From contig JABIHA010000074.1 in NCBI GenBank assembly GCA_018649885.1, forward strand, positions 62,001 through 115,601: 53,601 nucleotides of DNA. The letters run 5' to 3'. The notes beneath the pieces are model-generated. The model made no database searches, was not told the DNA's origin, and was given only the letters and a program-made list of their open reading frames with translations. Shown here one piece after another: positions 10,801 to 18,464 of this stretch (positions are counted from its first letter, which is position 1; the number at the start of each line of letters is the position of its first letter). Origin of the DNA: Bacteriovoracaceae bacterium (GTDB lineage: Bacteria > Bdellovibrionota > Bacteriovoracia > Bacteriovoracales > Bacteriovoracaceae). Made by a program: the position numbers and the translations under genes.

Positions 10801-11313
10801 ACAGATGCCGTGCCTGATGCTGACTCAGTTTCTGTCCAAGAAATCGTTTGTGAAGATAGTGTTTGCCGTATTCCACAAGATGAAGCCGCCTTTGATGTGG
10901 TGATTAATGTCAAAGTTGGCGACCAACAGCTAGAACCTCTCAAAGTGGAGGGCATACCAGTTAAGGGAACAGCGCCAACTGAAGCTGCTACAGGTATTGA
11001 AGATATAGAAGTGACAGGCATTGGAGAAGCCGATTCCACCAGCGAGCCAGAATGCCAAAAAGATTCACTGGATTGCGATTTTCCAATAAAAGATAGTGAC
11101 TATGATATAAAGGTTTCTCTAGTTAAAGACGGAGAAGATGAGCCTTTAGATGAGCTTACCCACACTGTAAAAGCAAAAGACGAAGACGAAGACGAAGAAG
11201 AAGATGATGAAGCAGATGCAGAGCCTACGGCAGCTGTGGTACCAGAATTTCAGCCCAATCCTATTAATCCAGCATGGAAAAGATCATTTGATAGTGGTAC
11301 GGCCAGACAATAA
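7840..11313 (+). CDS. Large secreted acidic protein with about 6 Cys-paired, beta-rich repeat modules; function unknown
   Basis: Signal peptide MKLILFVLALTFMTGPLALG. Repeated pattern (Y/F)xFE...K...W-[loop]-C-x4-C.I...F....V.VG...L. Very D/E-rich. Confidence 0.85.
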   Translation: MKLILFVLALTFMTGPLALGGDTGFNKFECIEGLFRVYSWDDDDPMNTGNEGAIEPIRGNPPKTKGNIPLTPGQHDLLQKYFYLRADIALHKYARAFLMVNRDLGRIAGSSETAARLKVAIDERAEKDTVEGYGEIYEFYQMIMEDDSDTSRFSGKDLEYYLSIGTQLKSLFPSEDEAKYAPGVYDAKAMALLAGANPKGTYFTEEFIKAIRGAYSGKDFDLNKLRGEKEIREREGDLDKLSDEIIATFSSRKDFHCMKYNIKNDPSSGWKYAPKDFAQVHMEEYAQCFDLDSFEIGEGIYLSQNIYSAIEAINKEGGIIVHTVDAPQLPPILAEPPDVVLLVPPLHDAGTLLTSDGDGGSGPPPNPYSFEITPHDSNDEIRVDVVIKKDGEAIDVSGADPKITITWNPVGGDPTACPDNSCVIAKDVEPFIASINVTVGEDELPAQTIPITEKRRPLAIPVGGGSGTSPYTFELNPDDRDTEVEITILTKNNDVPMDPNSDDPKVVITWSPISDPPVVPAAEPTECTGRSCVIPKGDEPFSAQIFVTVGEDELPAQTIPITEKRRPLAIPVGGGSGTSPYTFELIPDDRDTEVEITILTKNNDVPMDPNSDDPKVVITWSLISDPPAVPAAEPIECPGRSCIIPKGDEPFSAEISVTIGEDVLPPQVFAIDVAGPESEYSFELSSESKPEKEIVTVTVNKGGTEIPVDGADPAVVISWVKVSSGPDDTTDDTSSAAVDADSTTADVDSTTADVDSTTADVDSTTADVDSSTTDPTVCLLGQCEIEKGPRAFTVRILVKVGDEELEPQEIEISRKRNSSGYEIVLDDERNDDESEVNIKISIKKDGVSVDLSEIEGGHIVWDSSDAAGVAARASEDDEESEEGSSARSSLDLNIGAVEETDDTDTSGTFSFSAETQNISGNTDVIISLKKDGEEIGPEDAEQPVIITWSKVPSIDTDALPDADADAVPDADTDAVPDADTDAVPDADTDAVPDADSVSVQEIVCEDSVCRIPQDEAAFDVVINVKVGDQQLEPLKVEGIPVKGTAPTEAATGIEDIEVTGIGEADSTSEPECQKDSLDCDFPIKDSDYDIKVSLVKDGEDEPLDELTHTVKAKDEDEDEEEDDEADAEPTAAVVPEFQPNPINPAWKRSFDSGTARQ
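9181..9800 (+). repeat. Near-identical intragenic tandem duplication, period 330 bp (110 aa)
   Basis: ACAATACCGATCACAGAAAAAAGAAGACCTCTCGC begins at both 9181 and 9511. The copies stay near-identical to about 9470 and 9800. Confidence 0.95.
10054..10155 (+). repeat. 21-bp tandem repeat, about 5 copies, encoding D(V/A)DSTTA
   Basis: Degenerate unit GATGTCGACAGCACAACTGCT, in frame inside the large ORF. Confidence 0.9.
10702..10824 (+). repeat. 24-bp tandem repeat, about 5 copies, encoding DADTDAVP
   Basis: Unit GATGCTGACACAGATGCCGTACCT at 10720, 10744, 10768 and 10792, with partial copies on both sides. Confidence 0.92.
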
Positions 11314-11325
11314 AGCTATGAAATT

Positions 11326-12090
11326 CTAGAATACAAAAGTCTGATCATTAGTACCAAGAATGGTAACTCTGTCAGAGCCAATCAAAGCGATTTCTTCGTA
11401 TAATTTTGAATGAAAATTAGGTTTTAGGTGTCCAAGAAAAATAGGCACACTTGGAGGCATTTTTAATATTTCCTCTTTCATTGAATCAGGCGTGTGATGC
11501 TGACTATCTACGGCGACTTGTTTTAGCGAGTTGGGAAAACTGACTTCAGTAAAGATGGCCTTTACATTCTCTGTTTGTTTTGCAAACTTCCAAATTTTCT
11601 CTGTAGGGGCAGTATCTTGAGTAAAAACAATGGCCGAGTTGCCTCTTTCTATAATAAAACCGATGGCATCACATGGATGGTTTACAGGAATGGCCGTAAT
11701 TGTGTAATCCCCCAGCTTAATCTTTTTTTCTACTTCAATTTCATTAAATCTTATAGTTGGATTTTGCTGCGTCGGAAGTTTTGTAAAATCAGGCCATATG
11801 ACATCGTTGAGTAGGTACTTAGAAATTGAATCACTAATAGTCTTATTGGTGTGTACTTCAAAAGGTTTCCCTTTCATTCCAAAACAATTATCACAAATAA
11901 AAGCGAGGTCTTTTATATGATCTAGATGGGGATGAGAAATTAAAATATTGTCAATTTTGGCCTGCTCATCAATTTGAATACCATTGGCACACGAGCCGGC
12001 ATCAATTAAAAGTGTGCCATCAATTAGATAAGACGTGGCAAAATGCCCTGGGCACACACCACCACTTCCACCGATAATTCTTACTAACAT
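11326..12090 (-). CDS. MBL-fold metallohydrolase, class II cyclic-nucleotide phosphodiesterase-like
   Basis: Motifs LIDAGS, SHPHLDH, FNDVIWPDF-like LNDVIWPDF, EVSFPN and HLKP. Confidence 0.75.
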   Translation of the reverse strand: MLVRIIGGSGGVCPGHFATSYLIDGTLLIDAGSCANGIQIDEQAKIDNILISHPHLDHIKDLAFICDNCFGMKGKPFEVHTNKTISDSISKYLLNDVIWPDFTKLPTQQNPTIRFNEIEVEKKIKLGDYTITAIPVNHPCDAIGFIIERGNSAIVFTQDTAPTEKIWKFAKQTENVKAIFTEVSFPNSLKQVAVDSQHHTPDSMKEEILKMPPSVPIFLGHLKPNFHSKLYEEIALIGSDRVTILGTNDQTFVF

Positions 12091-12201
12091 AATTATGGTC
12101 CTGCTAAATATTTGATTCTTATCAGTTATTTTACCCTAATTCATATCAATAATACAAAAATGACATCACGGGGATCATTTTTCCAGATCTGCCCCAAAAA
12201 G

Positions 12202-13041
12202 CTATTTTTCTCCTGGCCCATCAATCAGCTTTTGATAGATATTTTTGGGATTTTCACCAAGTATTTCCGCCACAAGCTTGGCCACAATTTTTTTCTTACC
12301 CGCCTGCTCAAGCACCTTTTGGGCCAGATCGGTCAATTTCTTGTCGCTTCTTCTAGATTCCTTTACATCAATATAGAAGACGATCACCATCTCCCCTTTC
12401 AAAGTAATTTGATCGGCTATTGAAGAAAATTCATCTCCTTTAAATCGAACAACTTGCTGGAAAAGCTTTGTTAGCTCTCTGGCCAGACAAAACCTACCTC
12501 CTGGAAACTCATTACACAAAAGCTCTAGTGTCTCCATCACTCGATAGGGAGATTCAAAGAAAATATGAGTCATAGAACGTGAGCCAGCAAACTCTATTTT
12601 ATCTTTTCGCTTTTCACTATCGCGCGGAAAAAAACCATGGATCATGCACGGCTGTGGAGGAAGGCCTGCGAGTTCAAGTGCAGTTATAGGAGAGGTGGGG
12701 CCAGGGAAAGAGTCTATTTCAATCCCCTTTTCCAAACAGCCTCTTATGAGGGGATATGCAGGATCTGAAATGATAGGAGATCCAGCATCTGAAACCATAT
12801 AAGCTTGAGGATAATCTTTAATAGTTTTGATAGTTCGATCTAAGTCATGCTCGGTACTGTGCTCATGATAAGAAATCAGCTTTTTACTCTGCGTAGAAAT
12901 CTTCAAATGACCGAATATTTTAATCAGGTTTCGAGTATCTTCACAAATAAAAAGCTCACCTGATTTCAGCCCCTCGAGAGCTCTTGCAGTTAAGTCCTCA
13001 ATATTCCCAAGGGGAAGTCCTAATAGTGTCAGCTTTGCCAT
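12202..13041 (-). CDS. rsmI: 16S rRNA C1402 2'-O-methyltransferase
   Basis: Motifs PLGNIED, CEDTR, SDAGSPIISDP, FESPYR and ARELTKLF. Confidence 0.95.
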   Translation of the reverse strand: MAKLTLLGLPLGNIEDLTARALEGLKSGELFICEDTRNLIKIFGHLKISTQSKKLISYHEHSTEHDLDRTIKTIKDYPQAYMVSDAGSPIISDPAYPLIRGCLEKGIEIDSFPGPTSPITALELAGLPPQPCMIHGFFPRDSEKRKDKIEFAGSRSMTHIFFESPYRVMETLELLCNEFPGGRFCLARELTKLFQQVVRFKGDEFSSIADQITLKGEMVIVFYIDVKESRRSDKKLTDLAQKVLEQAGKKKIVAKLVAEILGENPKNIYQKLIDGPGEK

Positions 13042-13069
13042 AGATATGAACCTTCATTTTTTTCCGCAT

Positions 13070-13111
13070 TAACCCAGGTGTATGCTCCATGTTACACTAG
13101 CACCTGGGTTA
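13070..13111. promoter_or_regulatory. Perfect 11-bp inverted repeat (20-nt spacer) between divergent rsmI and STAS genes
   Basis: TAACCCAGGTG-N20-CACCTGGGTTA. The spacer contains TGtTACACT, an extended -10-like element on the + strand. Confidence 0.45.
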
Positions 13112-13147
13112 GGTAACCAAGAAAGATTCCATTTTCAAGGAGTGAAA

Positions 13148-13537
13148 ATGTCTATTAGGGCCACAATTACAACTGATGCCAACGGGGATATTACTGTACA
13201 AATGCATGGAGGACTAGAATATGATTATTCAGTGCCTCTCAAAGAAGATTTGTTAGAGTTAGCTGAGCAAAATCCACACTCAAGAATCACACTTGATATG
13301 CAGGGAGTGGACTTTGTCGGATCGAGTGGCATAGGAAACTTTGTGGACACACTCAGGCATTTGAACAGAGACAAAACACAAGTAAACCTTCAAAATGTCA
13401 AAGAAGAGTTTGTAAAAGTGTTTAAACTTTATACTTTTGATATCAGTACCTACATCAATGACCAATTTGAGACAGATGAAACAAGACATCTTCAACTCAT
13501 CCATGGTGGTTCAAGCCGTAGGACTTTTGAAAACTAA
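13148..13537 (+). CDS. STAS-domain protein (anti-sigma-factor antagonist-like)
   Basis: LDMQGVDFVGSSGIG STAS phosphorylation loop; AAGGAG RBS before the ATG at 13148. Confidence 0.88.
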   Translation: MSIRATITTDANGDITVQMHGGLEYDYSVPLKEDLLELAEQNPHSRITLDMQGVDFVGSSGIGNFVDTLRHLNRDKTQVNLQNVKEEFVKVFKLYTFDISTYINDQFETDETRHLQLIHGGSSRRTFEN

Positions 13538-13553
13538 GCACGAGTGCTGACCA

Positions 13554-14528
13554 GTGAAAAAAGTCCTCATTACAAGAAAACTATTTGATGGTGCCTTTAA
13601 TCGACTTAAACGCTCGAAGTTTTTTGGTGAAATAGAGCTCGACTACTGGGATCAACTCTCACCTATCCCAAAAAAAGAACTTGAAAAACGCGCTGTTGGG
13701 TGCAATGCCATACTTTGCAGCCTTGAAGACCAAATCGATAAAAAAATCATTCAAAATAATCCTCAGCTTTCAGTCATCTCCAACTACGCCGTTGGAGTTA
13801 ACAATATTGACACAAATTATTGCCGTGAAAAATCAATTCCAGTTGGACACACTCCAGGAGTTCTGACTGAGGCAACAGCTGATCTTTCATTTGCACTATT
13901 AATTTCAGCAGCTCGAAATATTGTCAGCTCAAGTCAAAGCATACCAAAAGGTGATTGGAAATACTGGGACCCTGAGGGACACCTGGGGATTGAGCTTGCT
14001 GGAAAGTCTCTGGGAATTGTGGGGGCCGGAAGAATAGGCAAGGCCATGGCATATAGGGCCCACCACGGTTTTAACATGAAAATCCAATATTTTAACCGTT
14101 CAAAAAATAGTGAATTAGAAAAAAATACAAAAGCTCAGCGTGTAGATTTATCCACCCTGGCACGTGAGAGTGACTTTGTCTCCATCCACCTCCCCTTAAA
14201 TGACCAAACAGTAGGTTTTATAGGCAGAGATTTTTTTAATGAGATGAAAGAAACGGCAATTTTGATAAACACCGCCCGAGGTAAAATAATAAATCAAAGT
14301 GAACTCTACCAGATACTTAAAGACAGAAAAATATTTGCAGCAGCACTAGATGTTACAGACCCAGAGCCACTACCGCCTGGTCACCAGCTCTTAACACTTA
14401 GTAATTGTCTGATTACACCCCATATTGGATCCTCTACCTTTCAAACAAGATTAAGCATGGCAAGCATTGCGGTTGAAAACTTAATTGATGGATTAGAAGG
14501 AAGAGAGCTGACACATAGATTTTGCTAA
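13554..14528 (+). CDS. D-2-hydroxyacid dehydrogenase (glyoxylate reductase/D-glycerate dehydrogenase family)
   Basis: Motifs GIVGAGRIG, INTARG, LDVTDPEP and TPHIGS. Confidence 0.92.
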   Translation: MKKVLITRKLFDGAFNRLKRSKFFGEIELDYWDQLSPIPKKELEKRAVGCNAILCSLEDQIDKKIIQNNPQLSVISNYAVGVNNIDTNYCREKSIPVGHTPGVLTEATADLSFALLISAARNIVSSSQSIPKGDWKYWDPEGHLGIELAGKSLGIVGAGRIGKAMAYRAHHGFNMKIQYFNRSKNSELEKNTKAQRVDLSTLARESDFVSIHLPLNDQTVGFIGRDFFNEMKETAILINTARGKIINQSELYQILKDRKIFAAALDVTDPEPLPPGHQLLTLSNCLITPHIGSSTFQTRLSMASIAVENLIDGLEGRELTHRFC

Positions 14529-14530
14529 AT

Positions 14531-14983
14531 CTATACTCTATCTTCCCACTTAGAATAAATTTGACCTTTTTCTTTGGGAATTTGACTTGACCAAGGCCCA
14601 CTTTTTTTCGCGCATTTACTTTCTAGATTTACGAAGCGAAAAACTCTCCCCTCTCCATCTGATATTTCGGTGCAATTACCAAGGCCTTTGGATCTTTTTA
14701 ATGTTTTAAATTGATCTGCCCCTTTGCCGAATACAAAGAATTCATAACGTTGTTGAAAGTGCTGATGGCCCTCATCGCTATTATAAGCAATTTCCATAAA
14801 AGGAAGCAGCTCCACTTGGGCGCTCGTGACCTCCGACTTCTCAATCACATACTCAACTTCGCCACTTGTAAATACCATCCTAGATTGAAGACACTCTTTT
14901 AATTCGAAATCTAAAACACTGGAAAAAAATGATGACATGAGATGGATATTTTTTGTAGGGACTAAAATTTTAACCACAGACAT
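14531..14983 (-). CDS. Hypothetical protein, possibly VOC/glyoxalase fold
   Basis: N-terminal FFSSVLDF and later ISDGEGRVF resemble VOC FY..VLGF and DPDGN motifs. GAGGA RBS present. Confidence 0.5.
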   Translation of the reverse strand: MSVVKILVPTKNIHLMSSFFSSVLDFELKECLQSRMVFTSGEVEYVIEKSEVTSAQVELLPFMEIAYNSDEGHQHFQQRYEFFVFGKGADQFKTLKRSKGLGNCTEISDGEGRVFRFVNLESKCAKKSGPWSSQIPKEKGQIYSKWEDRV

Positions 14984-15072
14984 TCCCTAATCCTCTTCCT
15001 AAGGCTTAACAAGAATTATTATTTATCTATTATCTTTGTAAATGTGATTTAGAGCAAATGACTTGGTTAATA

Positions 15073-15177
15073 TATACTGGTTCCAGTTTGATTTTCAAGT
15101 GAGTGGATGACGAAGAAGGCGTGTGGTACACGCAGATGAGGAATACGCCACTTGAAAATAAAACTGGGATCAGTATA
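15073..15177. other. 105-nt rod-like hairpin of unknown class (candidate structured RNA)
   Basis: 15073-15101 pairs with 15149-15177 over 29 bp, with 2 G-U pairs on the + strand and 1 mismatch. Apical stem GCGTGT/ACACGC. Confidence 0.5.
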
Positions 15178-16054
15178 ATCCGTTTTTTTTCATTATCTGA
15201 TGTAGGTAGCTTCCCTTGAGGATACTCTCTCCTCTGCAATCACCGTCTAGGCAATGATTTTCAACTCTGCACCCTCTTTCATCATCCCATTTGAAATCGG
15301 TTCCACCAGCGACCAAAATACCTTCAAGAATCCCCGTTTTCTTATTAAATACTGGGGAGCCAGAGTTCATCACAAATGTATCAACGCTTAGATGAAAAAA
15401 TTCCTCGCCCCAGCCAGCAGGACCTACGTGTGCGGCCACATGCTCAATGGCCTTCATAGGAGCGCCTAAAGGGAAACCAAGAAGTGCTAATTTAGAAACA
15501 TCCACATCTTCTCCACCTTTTTGGGAGAGCTCAAACTTGGCCCCATAGCGTGGAGCGCGATCGAGCCGAAAAATGGCCAAGTCGAGATGAAAGGCAGGCC
15601 CTGGTGAGACAACAAATTCGAGACGACTACATTTATAGATATCTGATTCTAAAAACCAATAATTACCACCATAGGAAAAGTCTTTGCGGTAATTGAAGAC
15701 CCAAGTGGAGTTGTCACAACTATATTGATCTCGCATGCAATGACCTGCAGTGGCCATGAGGTCCTTTCCAATCATAAAGGCACTACATTTACCGGCAGCA
15801 GGTTGATCTTTGAATCTAACTTCCGGGCAAAGATTCCAATTGTCCGCAAGAGAGAGAACATCGAGCTTTTTTATAAAACTCAAGTGTGGAGTTAAGCTAT
15901 CGCTATCAATCTTTGAGGCAACAGAGTGTGAGTAAAGCCTTGTATAGGCATTTGAGGCCCGGTAAATTTCAACTCTATCATCGTCCCCGTAGATAATTTG
16001 AGGCATTCCTGAAACGGCAAGTGTTGCTTTCAGTAAAATTAGGACTAGTACCAT
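15170..16054 (-). CDS. Secreted trypsin-like (S1, V8-like) serine protease
   Basis: Signal peptide, IIYGDDDR, and catalytic triad motifs TAGHC, DLAIF and NSGSPVF. Confidence 0.85.
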   Translation of the reverse strand: MVLVLILLKATLAVSGMPQIIYGDDDRVEIYRASNAYTRLYSHSVASKIDSDSLTPHLSFIKKLDVLSLADNWNLCPEVRFKDQPAAGKCSAFMIGKDLMATAGHCMRDQYSCDNSTWVFNYRKDFSYGGNYWFLESDIYKCSRLEFVVSPGPAFHLDLAIFRLDRAPRYGAKFELSQKGGEDVDVSKLALLGFPLGAPMKAIEHVAAHVGPAGWGEEFFHLSVDTFVMNSGSPVFNKKTGILEGILVAGGTDFKWDDERGCRVENHCLDGDCRGESILKGSYLHQIMKKNGLY

Positions 16055-16159
16055 AGAGCTGCCTTAATAGATGACTTGAGACAAAACGCCGCAATGTGAC
16101 TTTCGAGAAAATTATCGTGTTTCAAGGGCTTTAGCAAGGGGAAGATGACTCAGATGCAA

Positions 16160-16196
16160 ATAGCTGATATAAATATTTAAATATAGGTAAACAAAT
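16160..16196. promoter_or_regulatory. Possible OxyR-type autoregulatory site
   Basis: ATAG-N7-AAAT-N8-ATAG-N6-AAAT, an imperfect match to repeated ATAG-N7-CTAT, directly upstream of oxyR. Confidence 0.3.
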
Positions 16197-16216
16197 TCGT
16201 TGTTAAATGGAATTCT

Positions 16217-17164
16217 ATGACTTTGACGCAACTCAAATATATCCTGGCCGTAGACAAACACCGCCATTTTGGAAGGGCCGCCAAATCAGTTCACGTCGCC
16301 CAACCTACACTCAGCGTGGGAATTGCAAAGCTTGAAGAGTATTTAGGAGTCATCATATTTGACCGTTCTCGCTCCACAATTCTCCCCACAAGCGCTGGTG
16401 AGAAAATATTAAAAAAAGCACAAACTATTATCAAACAAATGCAGGCCCTCGAAAATTTAGCAAGTGAAGTCGACGGAGAAATTAGCGGCAACTTTAAACT
16501 CGGAATTATTCCCACACTGGCGCCATTTTTAGTGCCACAAATTGTGAAAACTTTTGGACTAAACTACCCAAAGGTTCAACTTGAAATTCAAGAAATTAAA
16601 ACTGAAGACATCATCTCACTTTTAGATAAAGATAGGCTCGATGCAGGACTTCTGGCCACTCCCTTAGGGGAAGATTTTATTGTGGAAAGAGCTTTGTATT
16701 ATGAGCCTTTTCTTGTCTATGTTCATGAAGATCACCCGCTTGCAAATAAAGATAAAATCAAGGCCTCCGATATTGATCTTAAAGATTTGTGGGTTCTATC
16801 TGAAGGCCACTGCTTTAGAAATCAAGTTTTGAATCTCTGTACCCCATCTCAAAAGCAGGTGGGACAAGGCCATTGGAGCTTTCAAAGTGGAAGCCTAGAG
16901 ACCCTCGTCAACCTAGTTGACCAATGTGGAGGGCTAACTTTGCTACCTAAAATGGTGTCAAAGAATCTGCCTAAGAAATCAAAGCGTCTAAAAGAGTTTG
17001 TAGGTAACCCACCTGTCAGAGAAGTAGGACTTGTTTATTCGAGACTCTTTTTAAAAGAGCCCATTATTGATGCTATAGAAAAGTCTATTCTTGATAGTCT
17101 TCCAGAAGGTATTTTCTCACCTAAGGCCTTCCCACAAAAGGCAACTGTTCTCGCCCCTAACTAA
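16217..17164 (+). CDS. oxyR: LysR-family H2O2-sensing regulator OxyR
   Basis: LysR HTH (HFGRAA...QPTLS) and redox Cys pair in GHCFRNQVLNLC, equivalent to C199/C208. Confidence 0.9.
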   Translation: MTLTQLKYILAVDKHRHFGRAAKSVHVAQPTLSVGIAKLEEYLGVIIFDRSRSTILPTSAGEKILKKAQTIIKQMQALENLASEVDGEISGNFKLGIIPTLAPFLVPQIVKTFGLNYPKVQLEIQEIKTEDIISLLDKDRLDAGLLATPLGEDFIVERALYYEPFLVYVHEDHPLANKDKIKASDIDLKDLWVLSEGHCFRNQVLNLCTPSQKQVGQGHWSFQSGSLETLVNLVDQCGGLTLLPKMVSKNLPKKSKRLKEFVGNPPVREVGLVYSRLFLKEPIIDAIEKSILDSLPEGIFSPKAFPQKATVLAPN

Positions 17165-17571
17165 TTAACTCGGTAAAAAGGCTCATTCCAATCTTCAATG
17201 AGAATATGATTTTTTCTTCGTGGATATAGGATGATTTTTTGTTTAAAGCCTATTTTTTGATCACTGACACTGTCGGGAAATCGAAGATCAGACAAAACAT
17301 AGATTAAACACTTATCGACACTTTTGGGAAGGTTTGAGCGCACTTTGGGATTGTCTACTATACCGTTGACAAGTATTTCGAACATTAAAACCGCCTTTCC
17401 TCCAAAGCCTTTTTCTTCGTCTAACTCTCTTTTGTAACAATTTCTAAATTGATGAAAGTTATCTCTTAAAACTTGTCTAATAATCACTGCATCTTTTTTG
17501 CGATCATGTCCCAACTTCTCCGAAGCACATGCCGAAAAAGTAATAACAAGTGTAAATAAAATGAACTTCAT
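17161..17571 (-). CDS. Small lipoprotein with an AgmX/PglI C-terminal (TonB_C-like) domain
   Basis: Lipobox FSAC; IR..L......FRNCY..EL......GK..L.FEI...G.V...CL...L..LRFP pattern. Confidence 0.7.
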   Translation of the reverse strand: MKFILFTLVITFSACASEKLGHDRKKDAVIIRQVLRDNFHQFRNCYKRELDEEKGFGGKAVLMFEILVNGIVDNPKVRSNLPKSVDKCLIYVLSDLRFPDSVSDQKIGFKQKIILYPRRKNHILIEDWNEPFYRVN

Positions 17572-18464
17572 TCTTCCCCCAACTCAAAAGAAACAAGGTA
17601 CTTTGGATCATGAATCCTGAGTACCATTATACCTTGCTTTATTTCTTGCTGCCACTGATCCACTACCCTTTTTTGCCTGAGCTCGACCTGATCAAGAAGT
17701 TCAGGCCTATCTTTTAAAGACATTCCCTCTGGTCGCAAAAAAGATTTTCTTGAGATTCCCAGAACCCACGTGTTGTGAGAGAAGGTACTCACAAGCTCAC
17801 TGATATGATCTACAAGGTACAGGTTTTGTTCCCTAGTTTTAGAGAATCCAAAACAAGGATCAAGTACCAGCCTATGAACAATAGATGCTCTTTTAAACTC
17901 CGCCACCACTTGGGTAAATCGCTTGGTCATTACGCCTACCAATTCCCCACCACTAAGCTCTCTTTTAGTGCAATTCATATGCTCACTACTTTTTTCTCTA
18001 AGCTCATTAAAAGTATGACAAAAAACATACAAGGCCCGCGGCACTTTATTTAATAAAAAACTAATTATTCCATCATCAATAATCCCTGAAACATCATTGA
18101 ATATGAGCTGGGTCTTGGAATCGTATTGACTCCACAACTCATAAACCCTTTCAAAAGTTTCCATTTTATATGTATCAATAGACAAGTGTGTGCAATTTCT
18201 AAAGAGATCATTTTCAAATGCAGGGAGAAGACACTTTTCAAGTCGCGCCCATTCGCTAGCACTACTGACCAACTCATTCATGGGAGCTGTACTTTCACCG
18301 CCAATATCAATATAACTGCAGCCGCTTTCAATTAGGTAGCGAACACGTTTACAAAATTCGTTACTACTATCGAATTTGCCACCATCTGAAAATGAATTGG
18401 GGGTGGCATTAACCACCCCCATTAGTTGAAAATGAGAATTTAAATTTAATTTAGGCGGGAGCAA
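17568..18464 (-). CDS. folP: Dihydropteroate synthase
   Basis: Motifs MGVVNATPNSFSDGG, DIGGEST, SIDTY, DPCFGFSK, GISRKSF and RIHD. TTG at 18464 with a GGAGG RBS; follows ftsH. Confidence 0.92.
   Translation of the reverse strand: MLPPKLNLNSHFQLMGVVNATPNSFSDGGKFDSSNEFCKRVRYLIESGCSYIDIGGESTAPMNELVSSASEWARLEKCLLPAFENDLFRNCTHLSIDTYKMETFERVYELWSQYDSKTQLIFNDVSGIIDDGIISFLLNKVPRALYVFCHTFNELREKSSEHMNCTKRELSGGELVGVMTKRFTQVVAEFKRASIVHRLVLDPCFGFSKTREQNLYLVDHISELVSTFSHNTWVLGISRKSFLRPEGMSLKDRPELLDQVELRQKRVVDQWQQEIKQGIMVLRIHDPKYLVSFELGEE

Noticed and set aside
10054..10824. 21-bp and 24-bp repeats as a CRISPR array
   Set aside because: They are head-to-tail with no spacers, are multiples of 3, vary at wobble positions inside a CDS, and there are no cas genes.
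8940..11039. Long minus-strand ORFs (396 aa and 285 aa)
   Set aside because: They are in-register antisense shadows of the repetitive + strand gene, with Ser-rich mirror composition and no independent motifs.
15073..15177. SRP RNA, hammerhead ribozyme or C/D-box assignment for the hairpin
   Set aside because: It lacks the SRP CAGG-stem-GNRA-stem-AGCA motif, the CUGAUGA/GAAA hammerhead core and a CUGA D box.
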